Positions 26,565 to 34,797 of a DNA stretch of 64,000 nt are shown here, one piece after another. The DNA is from Thermococcus sp. JdFR-02 (lineage in GTDB: Archaea > Methanobacteriota_B > Thermococci > Thermococcales > Thermococcaceae), in assembly GCA_002009975.1 (NCBI GenBank), contig MTLP01000007.1, forward strand, positions 32,001 to 96,000. Reading direction: 5' to 3'. Each line of letters opens with the position of its first letter. Position 1 is the first letter of the stretch. The notes under the pieces are model-generated. The model was not told where the DNA came from. It made no database searches and saw nothing but the letters and a program-made list of their open reading frames with translations. The translations under genes were made by a program, and so were the position numbers.

Positions 26565-26620
26565 GGTCAGACCCGCGAAACATCATCACTTATTTCAGTG
26601 GGCTCCAGACTCATCATTCC
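26565..26620 (-). ncRNA. C/D box methylation-guide sRNA
   Basis: Minus strand reads ATGATGA-gtctggagccca-CTGA-aataag-TGATGA-tgtttcgcgggt-CTGA: perfect C, D', C', D boxes with 12-nt guides. Confidence 0.92.
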
Positions 26621-26722
26621 TCTTAGGGGTATATCTCAACACCTATTATACTTTTTTGCAATTAAAAAACTTTCAATGATTTCGACAATTTGACTAAATG
26701 TTCAAAGAATACTCCAAAAACC

Positions 26723-26745
26723 TTAAATATTTTGACAATATTTAA
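26723..26745. promoter_or_regulatory. TATA region with 9-bp inverted repeat upstream of the symporter-racemase operon
   Basis: TTAAATATT-ttgac-AATATTTAA, preceded by a BRE-like CCAAAAACC. Confidence 0.4.
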
Positions 26746-26835
26746 AATACATTTGTAAAGTACACTAATGCAGAAAATCTCACGTTATAGTACAACAGAG
26801 TCCAGAAAATCCCAAATTAATAAGGAGGTGTCTAT

Positions 26836-28383
26836 ATGGGAGCTATAATGGAATTTATTAACTGGTTGGATGGTATGGTTTGGGGTCCTCCCATAATGAT
26901 TTTGCTTGTTGGTACAGGACTCTTCTTAACCATTGCCCTAGGAGGAATTCAATTCCGCAGGATTGGATGGTCAATTAAGTTTACTCTCTTTGAAGGAAGA
27001 AAGAAACAAGGTGAGGGTGATATCACACCATTTCAAGCATTGATGGCAACTATTGCCGGAACAGTAGGTATAGGGAACATTGCTGGTGTTGCAACTGCAA
27101 TTCATCTTGGTGGACCTGGAGCACTGTTCTGGATGTGGGTTACAGCTTTAGTAGGTATGGCAACGAGATACTCAGAGGGTCTCTTAGGTGTTGCCTTTAG
27201 AGGCAAGTTACCAGATGGAACGATGATTGGTGGAACATTTAACTTCCTTGAAAAAGGTCTTTCAGAGGAAAAGATTTCACCGACTGCAAGATATTTAGCA
27301 GCAGCCTTCATGTTTATATTCGCAGTGTTTATAGGCTATGAAGCCCTCGGACTTGCAGGAGGGCTCAAGATTCTGGCAATAATAATTGCTCTGTTCTTCT
27401 TGGCATTAGCGCTCCTTCTTACAAGAGAACAATCACTGCCAAGCCTTGGAAAGACATTAGCAATACTCTTTGCATTATTCGCAGCAATTTCAGCATTTGG
27501 TATAGGTAACATGACCCAAGCTAACTCACTAGCATTGGGAATGAAGGTAGCGTTTAACGTTCCAGAATGGGCAAGCGGAGCATTCTTTGCATTCCTGACA
27601 TTTATAGTCATCGTAGGTGGAATTAAGAGAATCGGTGAGGTTGCAGAAGGATTAGTGCCATTCATGGCAATAATCTACTTCATCTTCGCAATTGGAGTAT
27701 GGATCAAGTTTGCTGGACAATTACCAGGTGCAATTGCGCTAATATTTAAGGACGCATTTACAGGAAGCGCAGTTGCTGGAGGTGCAGTTGGTACGACCAT
27801 AAGGTGGGGTGTTGCAAGAGGTCTGTTCTCCAACGAGGCAGGTCTAGGTACGGCAACGCTTGCTCACGCAGCTGCAAGGACAGATCATCCATCAAGACAA
27901 GCTCACGTTGCAATGCTTGGACCATTTATCGACACACTTATCATCTGTTCACTTACTGGAATTTCAATCGTGGCAACAGGTGCTTGGCAAACAGACAAAA
28001 CAAGTACAGCATTAACCCAAGAAGCATTTGCAAGAGCCTTTGGACACATCGGTGAAATAATGGTCGTTATCGGTGTCATACTCTTCGCATACTCAACAGT
28101 TCTTGCATGGTCATTCTATGGAAGGCAAAACATCATGTACTTGGCTAAGTGGATTGAAGGAGATCCAGAGAAATTTGCAAAGCTCTATCCAAAGCTCCAC
28201 TTGATCTACAACTTGCTGTTCGTGATCTTTATCTACATTGGTGCAACAACAGTTCTTGAAAATGTCTGGACATTCTCAGACATGATGAACGGTCTCATGG
28301 CAATACCCAACTTGGTTGGTTTGATACTGCTTTACACAGTTATCAAGAGATACACAAATGAATTCATTTCGGCGAATCCATGA
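26836..28383 (+). CDS. Alanine/glycine:cation symporter (AgcS/AlsT family)
   Basis: GTVGIGNIAGVATAI, GGPGALFWMW, RGLFSNEAGLG. Confidence 0.93.
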   Translation: MGAIMEFINWLDGMVWGPPIMILLVGTGLFLTIALGGIQFRRIGWSIKFTLFEGRKKQGEGDITPFQALMATIAGTVGIGNIAGVATAIHLGGPGALFWMWVTALVGMATRYSEGLLGVAFRGKLPDGTMIGGTFNFLEKGLSEEKISPTARYLAAAFMFIFAVFIGYEALGLAGGLKILAIIIALFFLALALLLTREQSLPSLGKTLAILFALFAAISAFGIGNMTQANSLALGMKVAFNVPEWASGAFFAFLTFIVIVGGIKRIGEVAEGLVPFMAIIYFIFAIGVWIKFAGQLPGAIALIFKDAFTGSAVAGGAVGTTIRWGVARGLFSNEAGLGTATLAHAAARTDHPSRQAHVAMLGPFIDTLIICSLTGISIVATGAWQTDKTSTALTQEAFARAFGHIGEIMVVIGVILFAYSTVLAWSFYGRQNIMYLAKWIEGDPEKFAKLYPKLHLIYNLLFVIFIYIGATTVLENVWTFSDMMNGLMAIPNLVGLILLYTVIKRYTNEFISANP

Positions 28384-28454
28384 ATTTGAATTTTCCCTAT
28401 TTTTTAATTTTAACTCAAAAGTTTGATTTAAAATATAAATACTGAGGTGATTTT

Positions 28455-29840
28455 ATGAATTTTAAAGAATTTCCCAGGATAGTTGTTAAACCCCCGGGAC
28501 CGAAGGCTAAAGAGTTAATAGAAAGGGAAAAAAGTGTCATCTCTTCTGGTCTTGGAGTTAAACTTTTCCCTGTTGTCCCTGAAAGGGGTTTTGGCGCGTT
28601 AATAGAAGATGTTGATGGTAATATTTTTATAGACTTTTTAGCTGGTGCAGCTGCGGCTTCAACTGGATATGCTCATCCAAAATTAGTAAAAGAAGTTCAA
28701 GAGCAAGTTTCTAAAATCCAGCATTCAATGATAGGTTATACTTACAGCAAAAGAGCAATAGAAGTTGCTGAAATCTTAGCAGAGAAAGCTCCAATTAAAA
28801 ATCCAAAGATACTTTTTGGTTTAAGTGGAAGCGATGCAATGGACTTAACTATGAAAGTCGCCCGTTTTGCAACAAGAAAACCTTGGTTCATCGCCTTTAT
28901 TGGAGCTTATCATGGACAAACCTATGGTGCAACATCCATAGCTGCATTTCAAAGTTCTCAAAAGAAAGGTTTTTCTCCGTTAGTACCCAATGTAGTGTGG
29001 ATTCCATATCCAAACCCCTATAGAAACGTTTGGGGAATTGACGGCTATGAAGAACCTCAGGAGTTGATAAACCGCTTTTTGGACTACCTCGAGAATTACA
29101 TTTTGGCTCATGTTGTTCCTCCTGATGAAGTGGGCGTTTTGATTGCAGAGCCAATTCAAGGTGATGCGGGAATAGTGGTTCCGCCAGAGAACTTCTTCAA
29201 AGAGTTAAAGAAGGTTTTAGAGGAACACGGTATTTTATTGGCAATGGATGAAGTTCAAACTGGAATTGGGAGAACAGGAAAATGGTTTGCAACTGAATGG
29301 TTTGGAGTTGAGCCGGATTTCTTGGCTTTTGGTAAAGGAGTTGCAAGCGGAATGGGACTTAGTGGGGTAATTGGAAGAGCTGAGCTAATGGAAATGACAA
29401 GCGGGAGCGCTTTGCTAACTCCCGCGGCAAATCCAGTGATTTCAGCAGCAGCTTATGCAACGTTAAAAATAATAGAGGAAGAGAAAATAATAGAGAATGC
29501 TCAAAAAGTTGGAGCATTCATATTCAAACGCCTAAAGGAGATGCAGGAGAGATATGAGGTTATTGGAGACGTCAGAGGAAAAGGATTGATGATTGGTGTT
29601 GAGATTGTAAAGCCAAATACCAGGAAGCCAGACCCAGAGCTTACAGGTAAAATATGCTGGAGAGCCTTTGAGCTTGGATTAATTTTGCCGAGCTATGGAA
29701 TGTTTGGAAATGTCATAAGAATAACTCCACCCCTCGTTATAACACAAGAAATAGCAGAAAAAGGTCTAGAGATCATGGAGCAGGCTTTAAAAGATGCTTT
29801 AGCTGGAAAAGTTACTCACAAAGTTGTTACTTGGCATTGA
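28455..29840 (+). CDS. PLP-dependent class-III aminotransferase-fold enzyme, probably a Thermococcales amino-acid racemase (Leu/Met or broad specificity)
   Basis: SGSDA, AEPIQGDAG (Asp where aminotransferases usually have Glu), DEVQTGIGRTG, FGKG; operon with an amino-acid symporter. Confidence 0.75.
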   Translation: MNFKEFPRIVVKPPGPKAKELIEREKSVISSGLGVKLFPVVPERGFGALIEDVDGNIFIDFLAGAAAASTGYAHPKLVKEVQEQVSKIQHSMIGYTYSKRAIEVAEILAEKAPIKNPKILFGLSGSDAMDLTMKVARFATRKPWFIAFIGAYHGQTYGATSIAAFQSSQKKGFSPLVPNVVWIPYPNPYRNVWGIDGYEEPQELINRFLDYLENYILAHVVPPDEVGVLIAEPIQGDAGIVVPPENFFKELKKVLEEHGILLAMDEVQTGIGRTGKWFATEWFGVEPDFLAFGKGVASGMGLSGVIGRAELMEMTSGSALLTPAANPVISAAAYATLKIIEEEKIIENAQKVGAFIFKRLKEMQERYEVIGDVRGKGLMIGVEIVKPNTRKPDPELTGKICWRAFELGLILPSYGMFGNVIRITPPLVITQEIAEKGLEIMEQALKDALAGKVTHKVVTWH

Positions 29841-29901
29841 TGAATTTTCTTTCATGATTTATTTTTTAAACTCTTTTTCTAACTTATTTTCAGGTGATAA
29901 G

Positions 29902-30021
29902 ATGGGACTCAAAAAGTTCTTTGCAGAATGGAGGAATAGATGTCCATTCATCAGGGCGATAGAAAAGTGGCGCTTTGAAAGAAAGAAGAATAAGTTTGAG
30001 GTAAAGAGGAGTAGAAAATAA
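29902..30021 (+). CDS. Putative 39-aa basic small protein
   Basis: AGGTGA SD then ATG: MGLKKFFAEWRNRCPFIRAIEKWRFERKKNKFEVKRSRK. Confidence 0.5.
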   Translation: MGLKKFFAEWRNRCPFIRAIEKWRFERKKNKFEVKRSRK

Positions 30022-30038
30022 GAAAATTCAAAGAAAAA

Positions 30039-30106
30039 CATTGCAAACATCAACATCAGCTAGGTCGTCATCTGAAGAAAGCGAAGCGCATCACAGCTCA
30101 GCAATG
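30039..30106 (-). ncRNA. Candidate K-turn/K-loop-rich small RNA
   Basis: Terminal stem CATTGC/GCAATG; CTGA..TGATG and CAGA-TGACGA motifs; upstream AAAAGATTTAAAAA; downstream T-run. Confidence 0.35.
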
Positions 30107-30185
30107 GGTTTAATTATAATTCAACTCTAACTAAAGCCAAATATTTTTTAAATCTTTTATCGTAATTTTGCTTTGGTGTTGGTGA

Positions 30186-30983
30186 GTGAGGGATGAGTTT
30201 AAAATTATTGTTGAGTTTTTTAATGTTCAGCGGAGTGTTTTCTTTAGTTATCGTTGGGATGTTGTGAGCTACTTTATTGGGCTTTTGATTCAGATCATGG
30301 TCATGGGGATTTTTGCGAGTCTTGTAAGTATAAATGTAAACATTGCAAAATATGGGACCACGAGTTTTCTCCAATTCTTTCTTATTGGTTTTATTGTGCA
30401 CAACCTAATTTTCCTTCCAAGGGGGAGTTTGTCAAGATTTATTGTTGGACGGAGTTTTCCAATGCTTTATGCTTCACCCACAAGTATGCTCACAATATTT
30501 CTCGGAGTAAACGCATGGAACATTGTATGGAGCTTGCTAATTTTAGCTTTAATAACTACGACTTTTGTCCTCTTTTACAAATTAACACTTCACTTGAACT
30601 CTGGAGCAATATTGGTAATTTTGAGCGGTTTTGTTCTAATATTTGCCCTTGATTTGTTCTCTGCGGGATTTAAGGTTGCCACAAAGGCAAGACAAGACCC
30701 CTTAAACTGGTTTTTAAACATTACTTCACAACTTGTGAGTGGCTTGTACTTCCCACCTGAAGCTCTCCCTTGGTGGCTTCAACCAATATCAAAAATCCAT
30801 CCTGAAAGATATATTCTTGAAATGGCGCGCTTAACAATGGGAGGAGGATACTCCCTAAGCCAGATTTATCCAAGCTTAATCAACTTAACTATAACCACCT
30901 TGGCAATGCTCCTTATTGGGTATATAACCTTTAAATGGGGTGTGAAAAAAGCTATGCAACTTGGAACCCTCGGTCACGTTTGA
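30186..30983 (+). CDS. ABC-2 type exporter permease
   Basis: 6 TM; SGLYFPPEALPWWLQPISKIHP motif. Confidence 0.9.
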   Translation: MRDEFKIIVEFFNVQRSVFFSYRWDVVSYFIGLLIQIMVMGIFASLVSINVNIAKYGTTSFLQFFLIGFIVHNLIFLPRGSLSRFIVGRSFPMLYASPTSMLTIFLGVNAWNIVWSLLILALITTTFVLFYKLTLHLNSGAILVILSGFVLIFALDLFSAGFKVATKARQDPLNWFLNITSQLVSGLYFPPEALPWWLQPISKIHPERYILEMARLTMGGGYSLSQIYPSLINLTITTLAMLLIGYITFKWGVKKAMQLGTLGHV

Positions 30984-30992
30984 GGTGATAAA

Positions 30993-31985
30993 ATGATTGA
31001 AGCAATGAACTTGACAAAGTATTATCCACCACCATTCAAGGGTTTCCTCGATTTAAAGAGTCTTAAAGACTTCTTTGGAGCACCAAGAGAAGAAATCCCG
31101 GCTCTGATTGATTTGAACTTCAAAGTTAAAGAGGGCGAAATTTTTGGACTTTTAGGTCCCAATGGAGCTGGGAAGACCACTTTTTGTAAAATTGCCAATG
31201 GATTATTACTTCCTACTCGAGGGCAATTACTAATTAATGGTTATGATAGCGTCAAAGAGCACAAAAAAGTTGCCAAAGATATGTTTACAGTTTTCACTGG
31301 GGAAAGAGATATGTGGGGAATTTTTCAATGGCGCTTAAGTATTTACAAGAATTTACGCTTTATTGCGCGTTTGTGGAAAGTATCTGAGAGTGAAATTAAT
31401 AAGCGGATAAATTATGCTCTGGATTTGCTGAATTTAAAAGAGAAAAGGAATGAGTGGTATCAAAAGCTTTCGGCAGGGATGAAGCAGAAGGTGTATATTG
31501 CTTCCGCATTAGTAATCCAACCAAAAGTCCTTATTTTAGACGAGCCAACAGTGTTTTTGGACATTATAACTAAGAGTGAGATTCACAATGCGATTTTTGA
31601 ACTTGTGAAAGAATTTGGGACTACTGTTATTCTGACCACGCACGATTTGCATGAAGCTGAGAAGTTAAGTGATAGGGTTCTGCTTTTCAGCAAGAAGCCA
31701 ATTCTTGAAGGAAAGCCTGAAGAAATTAGCAAAAGACTTGAAGTTGAGTTCGATAAAAAGGTTGTTGCTCTTGTTAAGGGGAATGTTAAGTGTGATTTTG
31801 GGTTTAAAGTGCAGTGCTTCTCTAAGGACAATGTTACGAGGATTGTAGCTTACTTACGAGAAAGTGAAGTTGCTCAGTTCTTAGATGGATTATCTAAATA
31901 CAAAATTCTAAGTCTTAAAGTTGAAGAATTAACACTCGAAGATGCATTTCTATTAATTTTCAATCATTCTAAAAAAGTAGAATAG
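30993..31985 (+). CDS. ABC exporter ATP-binding subunit
   Basis: GPNGAGKTT, LSAGMKQK, ILDEPT, TTH. Confidence 0.93.
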   Translation: MIEAMNLTKYYPPPFKGFLDLKSLKDFFGAPREEIPALIDLNFKVKEGEIFGLLGPNGAGKTTFCKIANGLLLPTRGQLLINGYDSVKEHKKVAKDMFTVFTGERDMWGIFQWRLSIYKNLRFIARLWKVSESEINKRINYALDLLNLKEKRNEWYQKLSAGMKQKVYIASALVIQPKVLILDEPTVFLDIITKSEIHNAIFELVKEFGTTVILTTHDLHEAEKLSDRVLLFSKKPILEGKPEEISKRLEVEFDKKVVALVKGNVKCDFGFKVQCFSKDNVTRIVAYLRESEVAQFLDGLSKYKILSLKVEELTLEDAFLLIFNHSKKVE

Positions 31986-32016
31986 AGTTAATTACGTAGA
32001 GTATTACTACTAGGCA

Positions 32017-32030
32017 GAAAAATTTATAAA
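32017..32030 (+). promoter_or_regulatory. BRE/TATA promoter of the radical SAM gene
   Basis: GAAAAATTTATAAA about 35 nt upstream of ATG 32065. Confidence 0.6.
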
Positions 32031-32064
32031 TATGAAGATATATTCCTATATATAGTGAAAATTC

Positions 32065-33522
32065 ATGAAAGCAAATGATAAAAAGCTCGAGATTTATATA
32101 TTTACAGTTGAAGATAAGTATTTTCTCCTTTCTCCTCCAACTGGTATAGTTTTTGAAATTGATAGAAAAACTTACGAGTTTTGTAATACTGTTAGTGTAT
32201 TCGGGTGGAGTAAGAGTAAGGAAGAATTTGTGAGGAAATATTCTGAGAGTGATTGGGATGCTTTAATTAGTGAGATTAAGACTGATGAAACTTTGAACAA
32301 AATCTTTTTTGGAGAAAAACCTAAGCCCAACCTTCCTCTTGGAAGTATTAAACCAAAACTCTCAAGCTTATCTTTGAATGTTATGGAGGATTGCAATTTC
32401 GCTTGTGTTTACTGCTATGGTAACGCAGGCACTTATAACACTCCAAACACTAAGATGGATTTTGAAACTGGGAAGAAAGCCATTGATCTTCTTATAAAGG
32501 AAGGAAAGCAAGTTGTTAATATCAGCTTTTTTGGTGGAGAGCCTTTGCTTAACTTTGCACTTATTCAAAAGCTCGTTGCTTACGCTAAAGAAAAGGCTAA
32601 GGAGCATAATAAAACCATCAACTTCAGCATAACAACAAATGGTTATCTTATTAACGATGAAGTTATTGACTTCTTCCTTGAGAACAACTTCACGGTAACA
32701 TTGAGTTTTGATGGCCCAAAGGAAATTCAGGATTATAACAGATCTCTGAGGAGTGGTGCTGGAACTTTTGATGTTGTTTCAAAGAATGCCAAGAAAATGC
32801 TTGAAAAAGGAGTCAAGGTTAGTGTTAGGACCACAATCTTACCAAGCCAGCTTGAAAAGTACTATGACATCTACCGCTTTTTTGTAGATTTCGGGTTTAG
32901 AAGTGTCCACTTGGAAATGGCAACAATAAACGAAAAGCCCACGGAAGAACACATTGCGATAATCAAGGAGGCTCTGGAAAAAATTGCAAAGGATGAGTTA
33001 GGACACTACAAGGAAAAGGGGATAGTTTACACTAAGTTAAGGGATATAGTGAGGAGCATCTACTCCACGGCAGTCAAACAGTATCCTTGTGGTGCAGCGA
33101 GGACTTACTTTGGAGTCTCTGCTGATGGAACTATCTACCCCTGTCACAGATTTGTTGGAATGAGCAATTTTATTGTTGGAGGTGTTGATGACTTCAAGTG
33201 GGAGAACGAGTTTATTCAAAAGATCCTCCACTTCACTGTGGACAAGAGACCCTACTGTAGGGATTGTCCAATAAGGATGTACTGTGGAGGAGGATGTATT
33301 TACAACAACTTCTACTATAATGGCGACATTTTCAAGCCTGATGCGTTTCATTGTGCGTATATGGAAGAGTTGTTTAAGTGGGGTGTTTGGCTCTACTCAA
33401 ACCTTGATGAGGATTGGTTGAATAAGGCTTTTTCACGCTCACCCCGTGAAGGGGTGAGGGATGAGACACAAGCCGATGAATCCGAACAAAAAAGAAAGGG
33501 AGGTGATGGAAGTGGCGTTTAG
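32065..33522 (+). CDS. RRE + radical SAM + SPASM peptide maturase (PapB-like, putative ranthipeptide synthase)
   Basis: N-terminal PqqD/RRE-like beta-beta-beta-alpha segment (YIFTVEDKYFLLSPPTGIVFEID); CNFACVYC; FFGGEPLL; SITTNG; SPASM CGAAR...IYPCHRF...CRDCPIRMYCGGGC...HC; adjacent Cys-rich peptides. Confidence 0.88.
   Translation: MKANDKKLEIYIFTVEDKYFLLSPPTGIVFEIDRKTYEFCNTVSVFGWSKSKEEFVRKYSESDWDALISEIKTDETLNKIFFGEKPKPNLPLGSIKPKLSSLSLNVMEDCNFACVYCYGNAGTYNTPNTKMDFETGKKAIDLLIKEGKQVVNISFFGGEPLLNFALIQKLVAYAKEKAKEHNKTINFSITTNGYLINDEVIDFFLENNFTVTLSFDGPKEIQDYNRSLRSGAGTFDVVSKNAKKMLEKGVKVSVRTTILPSQLEKYYDIYRFFVDFGFRSVHLEMATINEKPTEEHIAIIKEALEKIAKDELGHYKEKGIVYTKLRDIVRSIYSTAVKQYPCGAARTYFGVSADGTIYPCHRFVGMSNFIVGGVDDFKWENEFIQKILHFTVDKRPYCRDCPIRMYCGGGCIYNNFYYNGDIFKPDAFHCAYMEELFKWGVWLYSNLDEDWLNKAFSRSPREGVRDETQADESEQKRKGGDGSGV
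33421..33511 (+). repeat. Precursor-upstream element, copy 1 (overlaps the rSAM 3' end)
   Basis: Similar to 36631-36704; contains hairpin CTCACCCC-gtgaa-GGGGTGAG. Confidence 0.6.
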
Positions 33523-33664
33523 AAAACTGAACAAAGAAAGAGAGACAATATCACCACTATGTGCGTGGGTTGATATCTGCATAGACTACGACTATTGTGT
33601 TTGGGACGATTGTGGAAAGTTTGATGTATGTATATATGACAACTGCCTTGCGGATACTGATTAA
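33512..33664 (+). CDS. RiPP precursor peptide 1 (50 aa; 6 Cys, 9 Asp)
   Basis: GGAGGTGA SD, GTG start: MAFRKLNKERETISPL-CAWVDICIDYDYCVWDDCGKFDVCIYDNCLADTD. Confidence 0.85.
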   Translation: MAFRKLNKERETISPLCAWVDICIDYDYCVWDDCGKFDVCIYDNCLADTD

Positions 33665-33688
33665 AACTTCATACAGGAGGTGTTACAA

Positions 33689-33862
33689 ATGTTTAAAAAG
33701 CTTAATAATAAAAGCCAAAAGACCCAACCATCTCCTGAATGGTGCATTGACATCTGTATAGGTGGCGATGTATGTGGAGCATGTGATACAGCATGTGATC
33801 AGAATGACAGTTGTATTACAGATGGATGTATATTTGACTGTTATTTAGACATTACACCCTGA
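33689..33862 (+). CDS. RiPP precursor peptide 2 (57 aa; 8 Cys, 8 Asp)
   Basis: GGAGGTG SD, ATG: MFKKLNNKSQKTQPSPEW-CIDICIGGDVCGACDTACDQNDSCITDGCIFDCYLDITP. Confidence 0.88.
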   Translation: MFKKLNNKSQKTQPSPEWCIDICIGGDVCGACDTACDQNDSCITDGCIFDCYLDITP

Positions 33863-33876
33863 AGGTCTCGTTGTTA

Positions 33877-33889
33877 ATTTTTTATTTTT
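33877..33889 (+). terminator. Oligo-T archaeal terminator after the precursor genes
   Basis: TTTTTTATTTTT tract just downstream of the precursor 2 stop. Confidence 0.45.
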
Positions 33890-33905
33890 ATAACCTAAAC
33901 AAAAT

Positions 33906-34793
33906 ATGGTGAGGAGAATGCTCAGAGTATTCATCAAAAAAGCACTGTATGATAGAACTGTAATTCTTGGTGTTTGTCTTTTTCTCATATTCTACTTTAA
34001 TATCCTTTTGGGAGTGAAGAACTCTACTTATTTTGAAAGCTGGCAATACTCAAAACTTGTTCTTAACTATTTTAGCGACATGCCTTCAATAGTTATTTTA
34101 ATCTTTGCAAGCATTTGGGGTTCAAGAAGCATAAACACCGAGTCTTTGCCATTGATTTTAAGTAAACCCCTTTCTCGATATAATTACTTACTTACAAAAG
34201 CCATGTCCTCTTTTTTATTCTTTTTAGCTTTGTCTCTCTTGTTATATCCAATTTTATTACTTTCTTCTCTTGCTTTTGGGACCTCTATCAGCTTAAACCT
34301 GAGCTTTGTACTAATATTTGCTCTATTTCTCTCTGCTTTCTATTCTATTGGTATGCTCATCTCAACTATAACTTCTCCTAAAAAAGCTCCTGTAGTAGCA
34401 CTCATTATAGTTATCTTATTTGTATACCTAGAATCTACATTTCACCATACAATTGAAAAAGAAGTGCTGAGGATGTACAATATTACCCAATATGATATGG
34501 CAAGATATTTTGCTACTAACGAAAAAATCTTTTGGAAAATTTCAAGTGACATATTTGCTCTTAAAGTCAAGAAAAGCTGGGAACAGTTTTTTAATCCTTT
34601 CACCCACTTTAGAATTTTGTTAACATATATAATGAGCAATGGAAACTTATGGAATTACTACCATTCTCCTGAAATATATTCTATATTCCAAATGCCTATA
34701 AAAGCGTGGAGAGCCTTGGGTTTTCTAATTCTCGATACATTATTACCATTAGTTATAACATTAAAAATCTTTAATCAAAAAGATTTAAGGTGA
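33906..34793 (+). CDS. ABC-2 type exporter permease
   Basis: LILSKPLSRYNYLLTK motif; C-terminal FNQKDLR. Confidence 0.85.
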   Translation: MVRRMLRVFIKKALYDRTVILGVCLFLIFYFNILLGVKNSTYFESWQYSKLVLNYFSDMPSIVILIFASIWGSRSINTESLPLILSKPLSRYNYLLTKAMSSFLFFLALSLLLYPILLLSSLAFGTSISLNLSFVLIFALFLSAFYSIGMLISTITSPKKAPVVALIIVILFVYLESTFHHTIEKEVLRMYNITQYDMARYFATNEKIFWKISSDIFALKVKKSWEQFFNPFTHFRILLTYIMSNGNLWNYYHSPEIYSIFQMPIKAWRALGFLILDTLLPLVITLKIFNQKDLR

Positions 34794-34797
34794 TAAC

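Noticed and set aside
33461-33511. Longer 67-aa version of precursor 1 (and the 60-aa version of precursor 2 from 33680)
   Set aside because: The SD positions and leader alignment favour GTG 33512 and ATG 33689. GTG 33680 lies inside the SD, and ATG 33461 would overlap the rSAM by about 60 nt.
33512-33862. Cys-rich peptides as ferredoxins or zinc-finger micro-proteins
   Set aside because: They lack CxxCxxC...CP and paired CxxC patterns. The leader/core split and adjacent RRE-SPASM enzyme favour RiPP precursors.
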